From NCBI GenBank assembly GCA_013265495.1, contig MU058037.1, positions 1,055,498-1,119,497 on the forward strand: a stretch of 64,000 bases of DNA, given 5' to 3'. The DNA is from Vicugna vicugna (lineage: Eukaryota). This document shows positions 26,720 to 39,138 of this stretch, in pieces (the first letter of the stretch is position 1; every line of letters begins with the position of its first letter). The position numbers and the translations under genes were made by a program. Under the pieces are notes generated by a model. That model saw only the letters and a program-made list of their open reading frames with translations, was not told where the DNA came from and ran no database searches.

Positions 26720-27279
26720 AAACTCTAATTCAAAAAGATACATGCATCCCAATGTTCACAGCAGAGCTATTAAAAACAGCCAAGACATGGAAGAAACCTA
26801 AATGTCCATCAACAGATGATTGGATATACAATGGAATACTGCTCAGCCATAAAAATGAAATAATGCCATTTGCAGCAACATGGATGGACCTAGAAATTAT
26901 CATACTAAGTGAAGTGAGCCAGAAAGAGAAAGAAAAATACCATGATATCACTTATATGTGGAATCTAAAAAAAAAGTGACACAAATGAACTTATTTACAA
27001 ACAGAAACAGACTCAAAGACATAGAAAACAAACTTACGGTTACCAGAGGGGAAAGCAGGTGGAGAGGGATAAATTGGGAGTTCGAGATTTACAGATACTA
27101 ACTACTATATATAAAATAAACAAGGTCCTACTGTATAGCACAGGGAACTACATTCAATATCTTGTAACAATCTATATTGAAAAAGAATATGAAAAGGAAT
27201 ATATATAACTGAAACACTATCCTGTACATCAAAAACTCAGACAACATTGTAAATCAACTATACTTCAATTTAAAAAAAA
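26720..27279 (+). mobile_element. LINE-1 3' end with A tail (antisense to PHEX)
   Basis: ORF2 C-terminus IMPFAATWMDLEIIILSEVSQKEKEKYH; 3'UTR; A tail. Confidence 0.93.
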
Positions 27280-28209
27280 GATAATGTGCATGAATATGGC
27301 AAGTGTGTCAGTATTTTTAATTATCATAGCAGTAGTTAGATTTTTCAGTATGGAAACAATGTATACTAAGTTGGGCTGCATGAGCACTGGAATTCTGTGA
27401 AGCGTAATTATTTTCCTCCATGGCAACTGGATCGATGCTTTGGAAGGCCATATCTTGGAGCCCAATGGAGAAAGTGTCTAATTAAAGTTTTCAGTCACTT
27501 TTGAATAATCTTGTAAAATTCCGATGTGCATCTACAAAGCTAGGATTGCTTTCAGATATGCAACTTGTTAAACCACAATTTCAGGAAAGAACTACACCTC
27601 AGAACCATAGTTATTTAATAAATTCCAAAAAAACTACTTTTTCAAGAAAATCTAGTGAATGATAAAAACAGAGGTTTTTGTAAGGAAAAATAGTTCTTTA
27701 TCAGAACTATTTGTAGGAAAGAAAATAACAGTGGGTGATTAGAAAGACCTGTAATGAACATATCTACTGGAAAATATATGCCCCAAAATATTGGAATAAA
27801 AAAGTACTATTCCTCCATCAGTAACTCACTGCAAATATACAGACCAACTCACAATAAATTATCATCATATGTATATGCATTTAATTTGCCAAAACACTCA
27901 TAAAGTTTAATGCAGGTAACTTCCGACAGGCAGATTTATTACTGGTCATTTAACATGAACGAAGCACATAAAGATGGTTTAACAACAAACATCATTCAGT
28001 CAACATTAGATCATGCTCACTAATTGTAAAATACTCAGTTTGCTTAATTCTTTCCTTTATGATCAAATTAGACCAAATCCAAGTCCATTTGCTTTATAGC
28101 ACCCACTCAGCTATACATTCTTTCTGACACTTCCTTTGTTTTGAATCTGCTCTAAACCTTGTGATTTGCCTGGCATAACGAGGCTCATACCTAGCCAAGG
28201 AATGAATCA

Positions 28210-28401
<192 letters not shown>

Positions 28402-28494
28402 CTACAAGGAGGAAAAAGAAAAATGAAGTCAGAGTTTCGGCACTTAAATCATTAATAATCACAGGATGTAGAAATGCAACCTTCATCTGAAAAC

Positions 28495-29150
28495 TCAGTT
28501 TACTGAATATCTACTATATGGAGCCCAGTGCGAAGGAAAAAAAAAATCTAAGTTAGTCCCTGCCCCCAGTATACTAAAAATATAGTGAATGTAGCAAATA
28601 ACTATATAATACAAGATAAAATTTCATTTTTAGACAATATTGTTTATAAGTAGACAATTTTTTATTTATAGACAACAGTGTTATCAAAGTTGAGAGCAGA
28701 GACTACTTCCTCTTGGGGAAAAAAGCTTATTGGAGAAGCTGACCAAACTGAGTCTTTGAGAAGGGTAGGGATTTCAAAATGCAGAGCTAGGAAGAAGGAC
28801 ATTCCCAGGAGAGCAAACGGCAGGGGCAAAGACAAGGAGATGGAAACAAAGAGCACAGCAGAGAAAAGGTGAGTAGCTTCCTGTAGCTGGATTAGAAAGC
28901 ACGAGGGGTGGAGAACGGAAAACCAGCTTGGGCCAGATCACAGGGATTCCTGAACACCATGCTGTGAGTCTGTATTTTATTTTACAGACCAGAGAAAACA
29001 AAATATTTTTAGCAAGAGTAACATAAGATGAGTCATCTTCAGCAAGATTTACTGTACAACTCAATGAATGATGGCCAGGATGCCAGAAAAACTGGAGGTA
29101 AGGGGTCCAGACTAATTTAAGATGCGTCATTACCATCCTTGTGATAGACA
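28495..29150 (+). mobile_element. L2 fragment
   Basis: tttactgaatatctactat..; gaaggacattcccagg; gggccagatcacaggg. Confidence 0.6.
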
Positions 29151-29228
29151 TACTAGTTATTCCCCATTTCACAGTATATAGGGAATGGATGAAGGAAAAA
29201 TCACCTTAGGCACATACATGGAGCCTCC

Positions 29229-29467
29229 ACAGGAGGGACTGGCAAACTCCCACCACTGGGCCAAATCCGGTCTCTGCCCCCTCCCCCCTCCATCTGTTTC
29301 TATAAAGTTTCACTGGCTCTCAGCCATGCCCACTTATTTACATGGAATCCATGGCTGCTTCTGCGCTACAACAGCAGAACTGAGGAGTTGGGACAGAAAC
29401 CCTAAGGCCCACGAAGCTTAAATATTTACTCTCTGGCCCTTTACAGAAAGGGTCTGCCGACCCTTGC
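29229..29467. mobile_element. MER58A-like MITE
   Basis: ggcaaact...ggccaaatcc...aaatatttactctctggccctttacagaaag...ccgaccc. Confidence 0.8.
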
Positions 29468-29559
29468 TCTTGAGAAATGTTACAGTTTCAGGTGAAAATT
29501 TGTCTCTCTCCTCTCTGCAGATGCTGGGTTTCACAAAAACAAAAGAATAGCCTACTCAA

Positions 29560-30050
29560 AGGGTACAGGGCGGAGCTCTGCCCAGGTCCCCTGGGATCCC
29601 TGTTATCCCTCCCCAGCACCCCTGTTCTTTTTCTTTTCTAATGGCCAGCACCTGAGACTCTGAAGGCCTCCCCAGGGCTATAAGGATACCTTGCTGGCAC
29701 TCCAAACAGTTACTTCCTGCGAGTCTATCCACCTTGGGCCCCCTCCCCACTGCCAACCCAGCATCCCTCAGCCAATGACTGACTGTAGCAGGAATATGAA
29801 AGTCCAGCTCCTTTGCTTCAATTCAGGACAAACTATGAGGTATAATTTGCACTCCAGACTTCCCCATGGGATCAGGCTAACTGAGACTTCCCCTGAAATG
29901 GCACCCTGGCCTGTCTCTCACCCTTCCCTCTCTGGCTTCCTCTATTCCTTTGCTAGCTTCTCTTGGGAGCACTTGCTGAATAAATCACAAATCACTTGCA
30001 CATGAATACTCATCTCTAACTTTGCCTCCAGAAGACCAAACATAAGACAC
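29560..30050 (+). mobile_element. LTR16-like ERVL solo LTR
   Basis: ctgcccaggtccc, gggatcaggct, aataaatcac..ttgcacatgaat..tcatctc...taagaca. Confidence 0.75.
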
Positions 30051-30964
30051 CAGGCAACCTCAAACACATTGCTTTCATTCTACCAAAGCAAAACCAGTGA
30101 CCTTCGCACACTGCTCTTAATAATGGGTTTTTTCCCCCTTTAGTCCCTTTCAACTTTCCTCACTCAAGAAACAAATAGAATAAGATGGTATGCTTTCCTT
30201 ATCTTCCTTGAGATAATTCAAATATTAAATATCAGCAGAAAGTTGAAACTCAAGACTCAGAGAGGATTTTACAAGTGCCGTAGGACACAGTCATAATGGG
30301 TTTTGCTGTTCCACAGACTCAAATATAGAACAGATCAACTTCTGCCTTCCAACCCTGTGGATTACACTGAAAGCCTGATGTGACCCAGATAGCAGGTAAC
30401 TAGAGGTTACAACTCTCCCCCAACAGCAAACAATACACCATGTGTCTATAGGTTACCTTGTTCTGAGACTGTTCTATTACTTCCCTCATAGTATTTAATT
30501 CCTCACTATACTTCCTCAGCTCAACACAAGTCATACACATAACTATAACAAGTAAAGAGCTCCAGATAGTTTTAAAAAATGAAGAAATATGTAAGCTGAG
30601 TCATCCATAACTGTTTTCCGAACACTGTTCTTTCCAGGGCATGGTGGTAAATTATGCATTGTTTTTCAAACCTCACGCTCTGGGACCCCCACTGCACTGT
30701 GGAGCTTCACAGAATATATTACCTTCTGCACTATAGATGCAGGTCATTGAATCCTGTTTTATTATTGATTTAGCAACAACATGACTTGAAGAGAGCCAGA
30801 ACAGAGGTACAAAGAATCTCTACTCATCTCCTAAAAACACAAAGACAGAATAAGGTAATAATGCTAGTAGCAACATTGCCAACATCTGAAAAGAATGCTC
30901 TTCTTCCCCAAAAGTGTGCTGTGTACATACGTACACATGCCTGTGTTCCAACTCAAGTGTTCCT

Positions 30965-31392
30965 TCTGCCAGACAGTCTGTTGTCACTTCACATCTCCCC
31001 ACTCACCTCATTCTACATTCTTCCCTGAGAAGCTTCCGAACTACATCTCCCAAAACCCCACAGGACATGGCTCCAGGCTAGATTCTGCCCAGGAGAAGCG
31101 CCGCCAGGAGACTGGAAAGGTGGAAGAGGAGGAGACACCATGGACTCACTCGCTGTTGGAAGCTGTGGGCAGGCACCGGGGCGTCTGCCGAGCAGAGTGC
31201 TTTGGCAGCAGCTTCTCAGGTTCTCTTGAGAAGACCCCTTTCATGTGGGAGCATTAGAGATCACTGGCAGGCTCTGCCCTCCACTCCCCAGCCCTCCTAA
31301 TGATGCACAAGCCTCCACATCCCCACGTTAAACATCCATCCCGCTTGACACACTGAGAAGGGTGACCATTTTCCCAAATGAACTCTGATATA
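30965..31392 (+). mobile_element. LTR33/LTR41-like ERVL LTR
   Basis: aactacatctccca, tagattctgcc, caggagactggaaaggtggaagagg...aactctgata. Confidence 0.55.
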
Positions 31393-31799
31393 CCCTTTAA
31401 AGCAAATAACGATCACACCACTTTTTAATTTTTTTCAGAATGGAAGAAATGAAGCACCAATAGTACGATGGCTTATGAAGGGCAGGCCTGAAATCAATTA
31501 CTCCTTGGGTTACATAACAAGAAGGCAAGGCACGTCCCACTGCAAATACTGAGAGAACAGTGGAATAAATGGATAAAAGACTGCATGTTATCTCCTGAAA
31601 TATTTCCTAGGCTGCTTGTAGGTGATCAAAACCTCCAGAGTTTTCCATAACTAGTGTATGCATTTCTATCCCTTACTCACAAAGACCTCTAGAAAGGGCT
31701 GCACATGACAATTGGACATCCCTCCTCAACAGAGGAAGCTCAAATGATCTCAACTACTCGCGAGACCCTGAGCAAAATACTTAACCCCTCTGAAGTAAA

Positions 31800-32530
31800 T
31801 ACTGCCTATTATCTACCCAATATCCACCCTCCTTTCCCTCCCTTACTCTCAGACCCCAATCCTGCTCAGGATGACAACGGACCCAACAAAAAATAGCTGC
31901 ATCCCCCAGCTTCCTTTACAGTTCGAGTTAGCTATGGGATGAGATTTCAGACAATGACATGTAACTCAGAGTCCTTAATGCACTCTCAGGAATCCATTTT
32001 AAAAGACGAAGACTCAGCGGGCACATGCTCTCTGCCTTCAGTCCAGGGTTTCTCAGCCTTAGTACTACTGACATTTTGGCCCAGATAATAATTGTTGTGG
32101 GAGCTGTCCTGTAGACCATAGGATGTTTAGCAGCATCTTTGGCTTCTACACACTAAATGTCAGTAGCAATACCTCCCAGCAAGTCGTGACAACCAAAAAT
32201 GTCTTCAGACATTGCCAAATGTCTCCTAGGGGCAAAATTGCCCACTGGGTAGGAACACTGCTTTAGCCTTTCCTCTTTCTTCCTTCCTGCAATGCTGATG
32301 CAATGCCAGAGGTAGGGAAGTCATCCTGCAACCACAAGGCAACTAACAGGAAGAAGCAATCTACATGCTAAAGATGGTGGAATGAAGAGTCAGTGACATC
32401 TGGAGCCCACCGTATCAGGCATGAACTGCCTTCCCTCCCACTCCGTGACATGAGGAAAATAAACCCCTATTTGTTTGAGGCCTTATATGTCATGTTTTCC
32501 ACTAGCTGCAGCAGAATGTGATCCTAACAT
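31800..32530 (+). mobile_element. MLT1J/K-like LTR interrupted by MER20
   Basis: catcccccagcttcctt.cagtt; catcctgcaaccac; aaataaacccctatttgttt. Confidence 0.7.
32044..32260. mobile_element. MER20 MITE
   Basis: actactgacattttgg...gtgacaaccaaaaatgtcttcagacattgccaaatgtc; degenerate 8-bp TSD cttcagtc/ctttagcc. Confidence 0.88.
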
Positions 32531-33846
32531 GCTCTTCTTTTCATCAGAAGTAGCTTGAGAAAAAAAACAAACAAACAGTACCTACACTTCACTGGGTTGT
32601 CTGCAAGGATTCAGGATGACACTGCACACAAAGCACTTTTGTATGCCTTGGTCCAGAGTACATGATGAATAAATGTTGGCCATAGATTACCCAGAGAAAG
32701 TAGGAACATGACTTCTTCTAAGGATCTAGAATAACACTGTTGTGTACCAGTTTGGAGGGTTTTTCAGGGGAGCCGAGGCCAGGTTATATCCTTAACCAAA
32801 TACTTGAACTCTCTTGGGGAATAATGTCACTCTCTTTAGCCACAGGTGCAGTTTCAGGGGGCCACACCGTGTGGTGAGGGAGAAAGGTGTTGAAGCAACC
32901 CTGTGATCAATGAAGAGACAGATATACCCATGAGATTCCTGAAGCATGGTGGAAGATTTCACGAGTGAAGCCAGACTAAGCATGAGCCAGGAGAATTCAG
33001 GTTCTTCATGTCTCCCTAAAAGTCTGAGGATTCTTTTGAGGGCCACTACTTGCACACCTCAGAAAATAAACACAAGAAACACTACAAAAGCTAATTCTAG
33101 AAAAGATCAAAGAAAAGGTTTCCTTCAGCACTCACCATCTTGGATTCTGTGTTTCCCTCCTTTCTCTTTCCTATATCCATTCCTCCCAACACCTAGCAGG
33201 CCTTGTGCGTTCACACCACTTGCTCTCTGATCATACTCAAACTGGCCTTTCCTTGGTAATACACTGTGCTCCCTCCCTCTTCCCTCCTCACCCCATTAAA
33301 ACTGTTATTCCCTCAAAGCAGCTAACTCATTATCTGTCACTGGGACCTCAAACTAATTTATAATGAAATGTGAGTGACTAATAGCAATCTAATGTATTAA
33401 CCTGGAGAGATATCTATATTTAAAAGAGTAGTTCATTAACCAAAGGAATAAATCACATTATAAAGGAGGTTTCTTTAGCTGAGACAACCTTCTTTCTGAT
33501 ACTACTCAAATCAAGCTAATGATCTATTCCACTTAATCATCATTGTGTTCCCCACATGGAACACCCATGGTAAACCCATTCTGATCAATGTCAACAATAC
33601 TAACAGAAAATATAAAAGGTTATAGTCTAACATACGACCAAGAACATCATTCAGTTCTGCTCCCATCAAGGCACACATCCATATAAACCAATCTTACCAG
33701 AGGAGAAAAAAATGGGGGAGAAAAGAGATTTTGTGAGAACCTAGCGAACTTTTTGGAAAATGGAGCAACGTTTAAAATCCATTAGAACTGATTCTTGATG
33801 GCAACTAAAAAAAAAAAAAATACACACACACACACATATATATCTG

Positions 33847-34012
33847 TCTTCTGCTGTTGGATGGAATGCTCTATATACATCTATTAGGTCCATTTGGTCT
33901 AAAGTATGGTTCAAGTCCAGTGTTTCCTCATTGATCTTCTGTCTAGATGATCTCTTTGTTGAAAGCGTTGCAGTCCCTACAATTATTGTATTGTTGCCAG
34001 TTTTCCCCCTCA
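33847..34012 (-). mobile_element. Isolated internal LINE-1 ORF2 endonuclease-domain fragment
   Basis: NTIIVG..T.LS..RSSRQKINEETLDLNHTLDQMDLIDVYRAFHPTA in ORF 33741..34013. Confidence 0.88.
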
Positions 34013-34362
34013 AACTATATTTTTAATATAAGTTATTTCAGTTAATGAATACTTATTGAGAATGCCCTCTAGGCTCAGAACTCCCCTCAGTGCAAAAGGA
34101 ATATAAAAATATATAAGACAATCCATAGCTTCATTGTATCTGTACTGAAAAACTGAGGAAAAACATTCTATGACAACTTGCCATGATCGCTACTACAAAG
34201 TATCAGTGATACCTTAATTATCTGAACCTCTCTGTTCCTCAGTTTCCTCATCTGTAAAACGTGAATAAAATTGCTTCTAATACTAATTTAGTGAAATAGA
34301 GAGTTGAAAAAAGTATTTGGATAACAAAGGAATTGGGAAAAGATAATTCGGATTACCTAGAT

Positions 34363-34702
34363 CAGGGGTTAATAAACTTTTTCTGTAAAGGGCCAGATGG
34401 TAAATATTTCCAGCTTTGCAGGCCATATGGTCTCTGTCAAAAGTATTCAACTCTGCCTTGTACCTGGGAAAGCAGCCGTGGACAACGCATAAATGAATGG
34501 CTGTGTGCCAATAAAACTTTATTTATAGACACTACTGAAATTTGAATCTCCTGTCATTTTTATGTAACATGATATATTGTTCTCTTTTTTTTTTTGACTT
34601 TTTAAAACCATTTAAAAATGTAAAATTCATTCTTACCTTTGTGGACTGTACAAAAACAGGTGGCATGCTGAATATGGCCCAAAAGCCATAGTTTGCTGGG
34701 CT
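34363..34702. mobile_element. MER58B-like MITE
   Basis: caggggtt..aaactttttctgtaaagggccagatggtaaatatt...gccatagtttgctg. Confidence 0.85.
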
Positions 34703-37019
34703 GAGGCAGATAATTCAATGAGGGTAGATTGTTCATTGAGTTGCCTCAATTAATAGCACAAGGCCTAGTACACAGTAAGTGCTCAACAATGCTTGTCAAA
34801 TTGACCCACCCTGAATGGGATGGGGTGTGTGCGTGTGTGTGCATGGCTCAGCTATTAAGTTTTTTGTTTTTGTTTTGCTCTTTGCTATTACTAACGTGTA
34901 TATGTATACACAACAAATCTTAGTTGCTTGGGAGTTTATTCCTTGCCTTAAAGTCTTAGGGCTAGAACTTAAAAAATCACAATTAATTTCTGTAGAGACA
35001 ACAGACAGTTCATAAGGCAAAGATTATTACCAAGAGAGAGAAAGAGAGAGAGAAAGTGAGAGAGAAAGAGAGAAAAGCTATCACAAATGAAATCAGAAAA
35101 ACAAAGAACACTGAAAACACAACAGGATTTAAACTCCCAAGTCACCCCTTCTTCCCAGAATTTTCCACAAGGTATACTACAACCTGATAGTGCTGGTGGG
35201 AAGAACAGAACCAACTATAGTTCTGCTTGATTTGGCTATGAGCACTTAAACAATGTATAATTTTTACACAGATGACCAAACTGATATAAAGTTTGGTTAG
35301 GTTGACTGCTTTACTCCGGAATTTCCAAAGCCACTTAGTATTAAGCTGATCAGCAGAAATCGAGACAGAAAGCTCAGTTGTCTTAATCCCCACTGACTTG
35401 GCCATTTAGGAGAGTCAGGTAAATTCGCTAATGTTTTGCATTTATTATATCAAAGGGATCGCTTTAATCACTTAATTAAACTGCTTTGTGTTTCCTCTAC
35501 ATAGGTAAGTCACTTAGCATATTTTTTTCTTTTTTACCAGTTTAACATAAAAAAATAGAACAACTGATGATCAACTGCTCTTTTACAAGAAATTTACAGC
35601 ACAACTTTCTTACACTTGCAATGGCTTTGAAAGCTTCAGTCAGGCTTAACCACGCCAAGGTCTCATTTTCTCTGATGAGTTCTACAATAACTATTAAACA
35701 TCAATCAAAATCCTGAGGTTTAAGCACCTGAAAGTTCAGGAGACTGTGCATGAATTACACTATCCTTCAAAACAATAGCAATTTCCATAATGCCAAATAA
35801 ATGACTGACTAGTATAGATGCCTTGGCTGAAGATATTACCCTAAGCAGAGCTAATGGTATTGATGAAAATTAGCCTGGGGAACAGGCTTTAATATCTTTG
35901 GGGGCTTTCTGGATTCCACAAATAATAACAACACAGTTATCTGACAAATCACATTTTATCTGCTTGATAAGAATGGCAGTGATTTATTATGCGTCTTCAA
36001 AAACTTCAATTCTGCAAATTGCTTTTGGGTGTGGTTTGTAGGCTCATGCATCATGCTTGGGTGGAAAAAAGATAAGCGCCCCCATGAATCAGAGGGCTTT
36101 ATAAGTGCAAGTCACAGTTCTGATTTTTCAAGAGCTGGAAGACAGGAATGCTCAGATTTCAGGTCTTCCATCCTTAACCCTGCGTGAATAATGTCCCAGT
36201 ATAGCAGACGATCCCCATTTCTCTCCCACACGGAGATATGAACAACATTCTAAAAAGGTACGTTCCGAATTACAAAGAAGCTCCATCCATCCATCCTCTC
36301 TCTTGAAAACACCTACTCCACGTATCTTGAAGGTGGGCAGTTTTTCCAGTCTGAAAAAGGAAACTCCTCCAGCACAGGTAAATCATAATTTAGCCATACC
36401 AGCACTAATTATTTCCCTGGTATCTTTGTGATAAGCCTCCCATTTGGGTGAACGCTCCACTCAGCAAAGTTACAAAAAAAAAAAAGGCAACATATGGGTC
36501 TTCTTTGTAGATAGATGGAGCAGGGAGTAGCAGACTTAAGAACCCAAAACCATCCTATGATTAATCCATAAAACAACACATCTCTCTGAGGGTTACGGGC
36601 AGTATTATCTTAAAAATAATGGCAACTCTCATGTATTCCCTTTAAAGCTGAATAGGAGAGTAGCCAGATCATATAATTTTTTAAAAATCAATGTCTTTTT
36701 ATTACTTTCAATTACATGTAGAAAACTGCTCACAAAATTTGCCCAAACAGAACAGCTGCTAGACCTGCTCAGATAAATCTCCTAAGCCTCAATTAACCAA
36801 ATCCATTTGTCCAGACACAGTCAAGATAATAAAAGCCCAAGAGCTGGAACAATCTTGTATTATAGTTAGGCTTTGATATGGGCCAAAGTAAATGGTATTT
36901 TCCTCTGTTCCACACAAGGGCTCTATATCAGGGGTCAGCAAGCAACAGCCCAGCCCACAGGCCAAAACTAGACCATCACCTGTTTTTGTAAAAAAAAAAA
37001 AAAAACACTTTTTGGAACA

Positions 37020-37733
37020 TGATAAAGGGATCCAGAATATCCCACTGCACCATGAGAATTACTTTGAGCTGAAGGCATTGGAGACTCAACAGATATACTC
37101 TGCCCTCCCCTTATCTGCCTAAAAGCAGATTTTCTAAAAGAATTCCAGTCATAAATCCCTGTTAAGGGAGGCTTCCCATACCAGGGGAACATAATGACTC
37201 CTACCACCAGAGATGAGAAGTCAGCGCCAGGATGAGAAATTGCATAAACAGACCTTACTAAAACAAATCTTACCTTCTGTTGGTTTCCCCCATATATTTC
37301 TCAGTCATTTCCCACCATGTACTGTCCCTGGAAATCCTAATTCCCTCCCCTTTTTAAGATGGTATATAAGTACTATGTATAAAATAAATAAGCTACAAGG
37401 ATATATTGTACAGGGAATATAGCCAATATTTTATAATAACTATAGAGTATAGTTTTTAAAAATTGTGAACCATTGTGTTGTACACCTGATATACAATATT
37501 GTGAATCAACTATTCTTCAATAAAGAAGAAAAATGTTTTTTAAAAAAACGATAGTATATGAGGCCCAAATTCTCAGTGCTTCTTTGAGCGGCATTTTCTT
37601 TGAGCTCCCACATATCTAAGGGAATAAACTTTGTCTTTTCTCTTGCTAATCCATCTTCTGTCAGTTTCATTTGCAGACTCCCCGAACACTGAACCTCAAA
37701 GGGTAGTAGAGGAGAACTTTTTCCTCTCCAACA
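37020..37733 (+). mobile_element. ERV1 (MER34-like) solo LTR containing a nested L1 3' end
   Basis: TG...CA termini; attactttgagctgaaggca, gatggtatataag, aataaactttgtc..ttctcttgctaat, ttttcctctccaaca. Confidence 0.75.
37370..37548 (+). mobile_element. Short LINE-1 3' end nested in LTR
   Basis: acagggaatatagccaatatttta...tcaactattcttcaataaa; degenerate TSD gatggtatataag/gatagtatatgag. Confidence 0.8.
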
Positions 37734-38210
37734 ACCACCACGTTCATTCACCTATGTATTGTCTAGGGCCACTTCCACGCTATAGCTGCAGAGTGGAGTA
37801 GCTGCAACAGACACCACAAGGTGCCCAAAGCCTCAAATATTTACCATTTGGCTCTTTGCAGAAAAAGTCTGCCAACATCTCTTCTACCTAACAAGTTTCC
37901 AAATTTTTCAAAACTAATAGTAAAGATGGCAAGGGAAAAATAAGGGACAAAGGCTAATCTTTTGGGGCAGTTTCATCAAAATATAAATGTGATTAAACGT
38001 GTAATCATGCTTCATGTTTTGTTGAGGTAAATACCTGAATTTTAAAGCAGAATCAGCATACAAATATTAACCAGAATGGGGAATTAATACCATGGAAAAA
38101 TCAATGCACCTTTGGGGGAAAAAGAAAAAAAGCACACAAATTATTAAAAATCATTTTCAAATGTCAAGATTCAAAGGGTTTAGAAATGCACATTTTACAC
38201 ACAGTCCCCA

Positions 38211-38317
38211 GGGGGGTGGGTATATATAGCTCTGTGGTAGAGTGCATGCTTGCATGCACAAGGTCCTGTGTTCAATCACTTGGAGTTCAATCAACCCCCC
38301 CATCCCGACCAAAAAAG
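38211..38317 (+). mobile_element. Degenerate Vic-1-like SINE
   Basis: gggtgggtata..tagctctgtggtagagtgcatgcttgcatgcacaaggtcctgtgttcaatc. Confidence 0.8.
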
Positions 38318-38720
38318 AGGCTGCCTTTTTTAACACCTACTCCCTAACACCTAACATTTCTCAGATGAATTTAATCAGCTATTTAATCCTCCTCTAATTG
38401 TTAAATTACTTACTTAAGCAGGAGGCAAGTTGGAGATTAACTTAAATAACATATCCCTTCTCTCACCAACAGTCCAACTGAACAAGAATTGTCCTCATTC
38501 TTTCCACTGAGGTCTACCTCTGACGCAAACAATTCTTTACTAGACTAAAAAAACTTCAAACTACTTTCCTCATAACGTAGGAGAGTGATGAAACAAGATA
38601 ACTTCACTGAATTATTAAATTAGGTAAATGTAAAATGTCATAGTTTTCCTAAAAGGGGGATGCTGTAGAGCCAATTCCCACACATACTACTTGTTCCTTT
38701 GACACTGGAGTCTTCTAGTA

Positions 38721-39138
38721 CAAGACTTCTCAAAGCTCTGTCCTTGAACCAACAGCATCAGCATCACTTGAGAGCTCATTAAAAATGAAAATTCATGGAC
38801 CCTCCACACACCTACTAAATCAGAATGACTGCATTGCAATTGAGGAATGTGCACTGTAATAAACCTTACCATAAGGCAGGGTTTCTCAGTCTCGGCACTA
38901 CTGACATTTAGGCGGAATTCCTCTCATTTGTGAGGGGTCTGTTCTGTGCAGCTCTAGGATGCACAGCAGCATCTTTGGCCTCTACCCACTAGATGCCAGT
39001 CTACTCTTCCCTCCTGCCAGTTGTGACCAAAAATGTCTCCAGACCCTGCCAAATATCCCCCTGGGGGTACAATATCACCCTGGGTTAAGAACCACTGCTG
39101 TAAGGATTCTCATGCATGCTCAAGTTTGAGACATTCTC
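38721..39138. mobile_element. MER5A interrupted by MER20 (38877-39097)
   Basis: cagcatcagcatcacttgagagct; MER20 termini with TSD ccataagg/ctgtaagg. Confidence 0.8.

Larger units (their letters stand above)
36929..37882. mobile_element. MER58A split by an LTR insertion (halves 36929-37019 and 37734-37882)
   Basis: caggggtcagcaa...ttggaaca | ccacgttcattc...aaatatttaccatttggc...ctgccaac. Confidence 0.8.

Noticed and set aside
26127..27279. Single L1 with twin-priming 5' inversion
   Set aside because: Both arms cover the same 3' interval and each has its own tail
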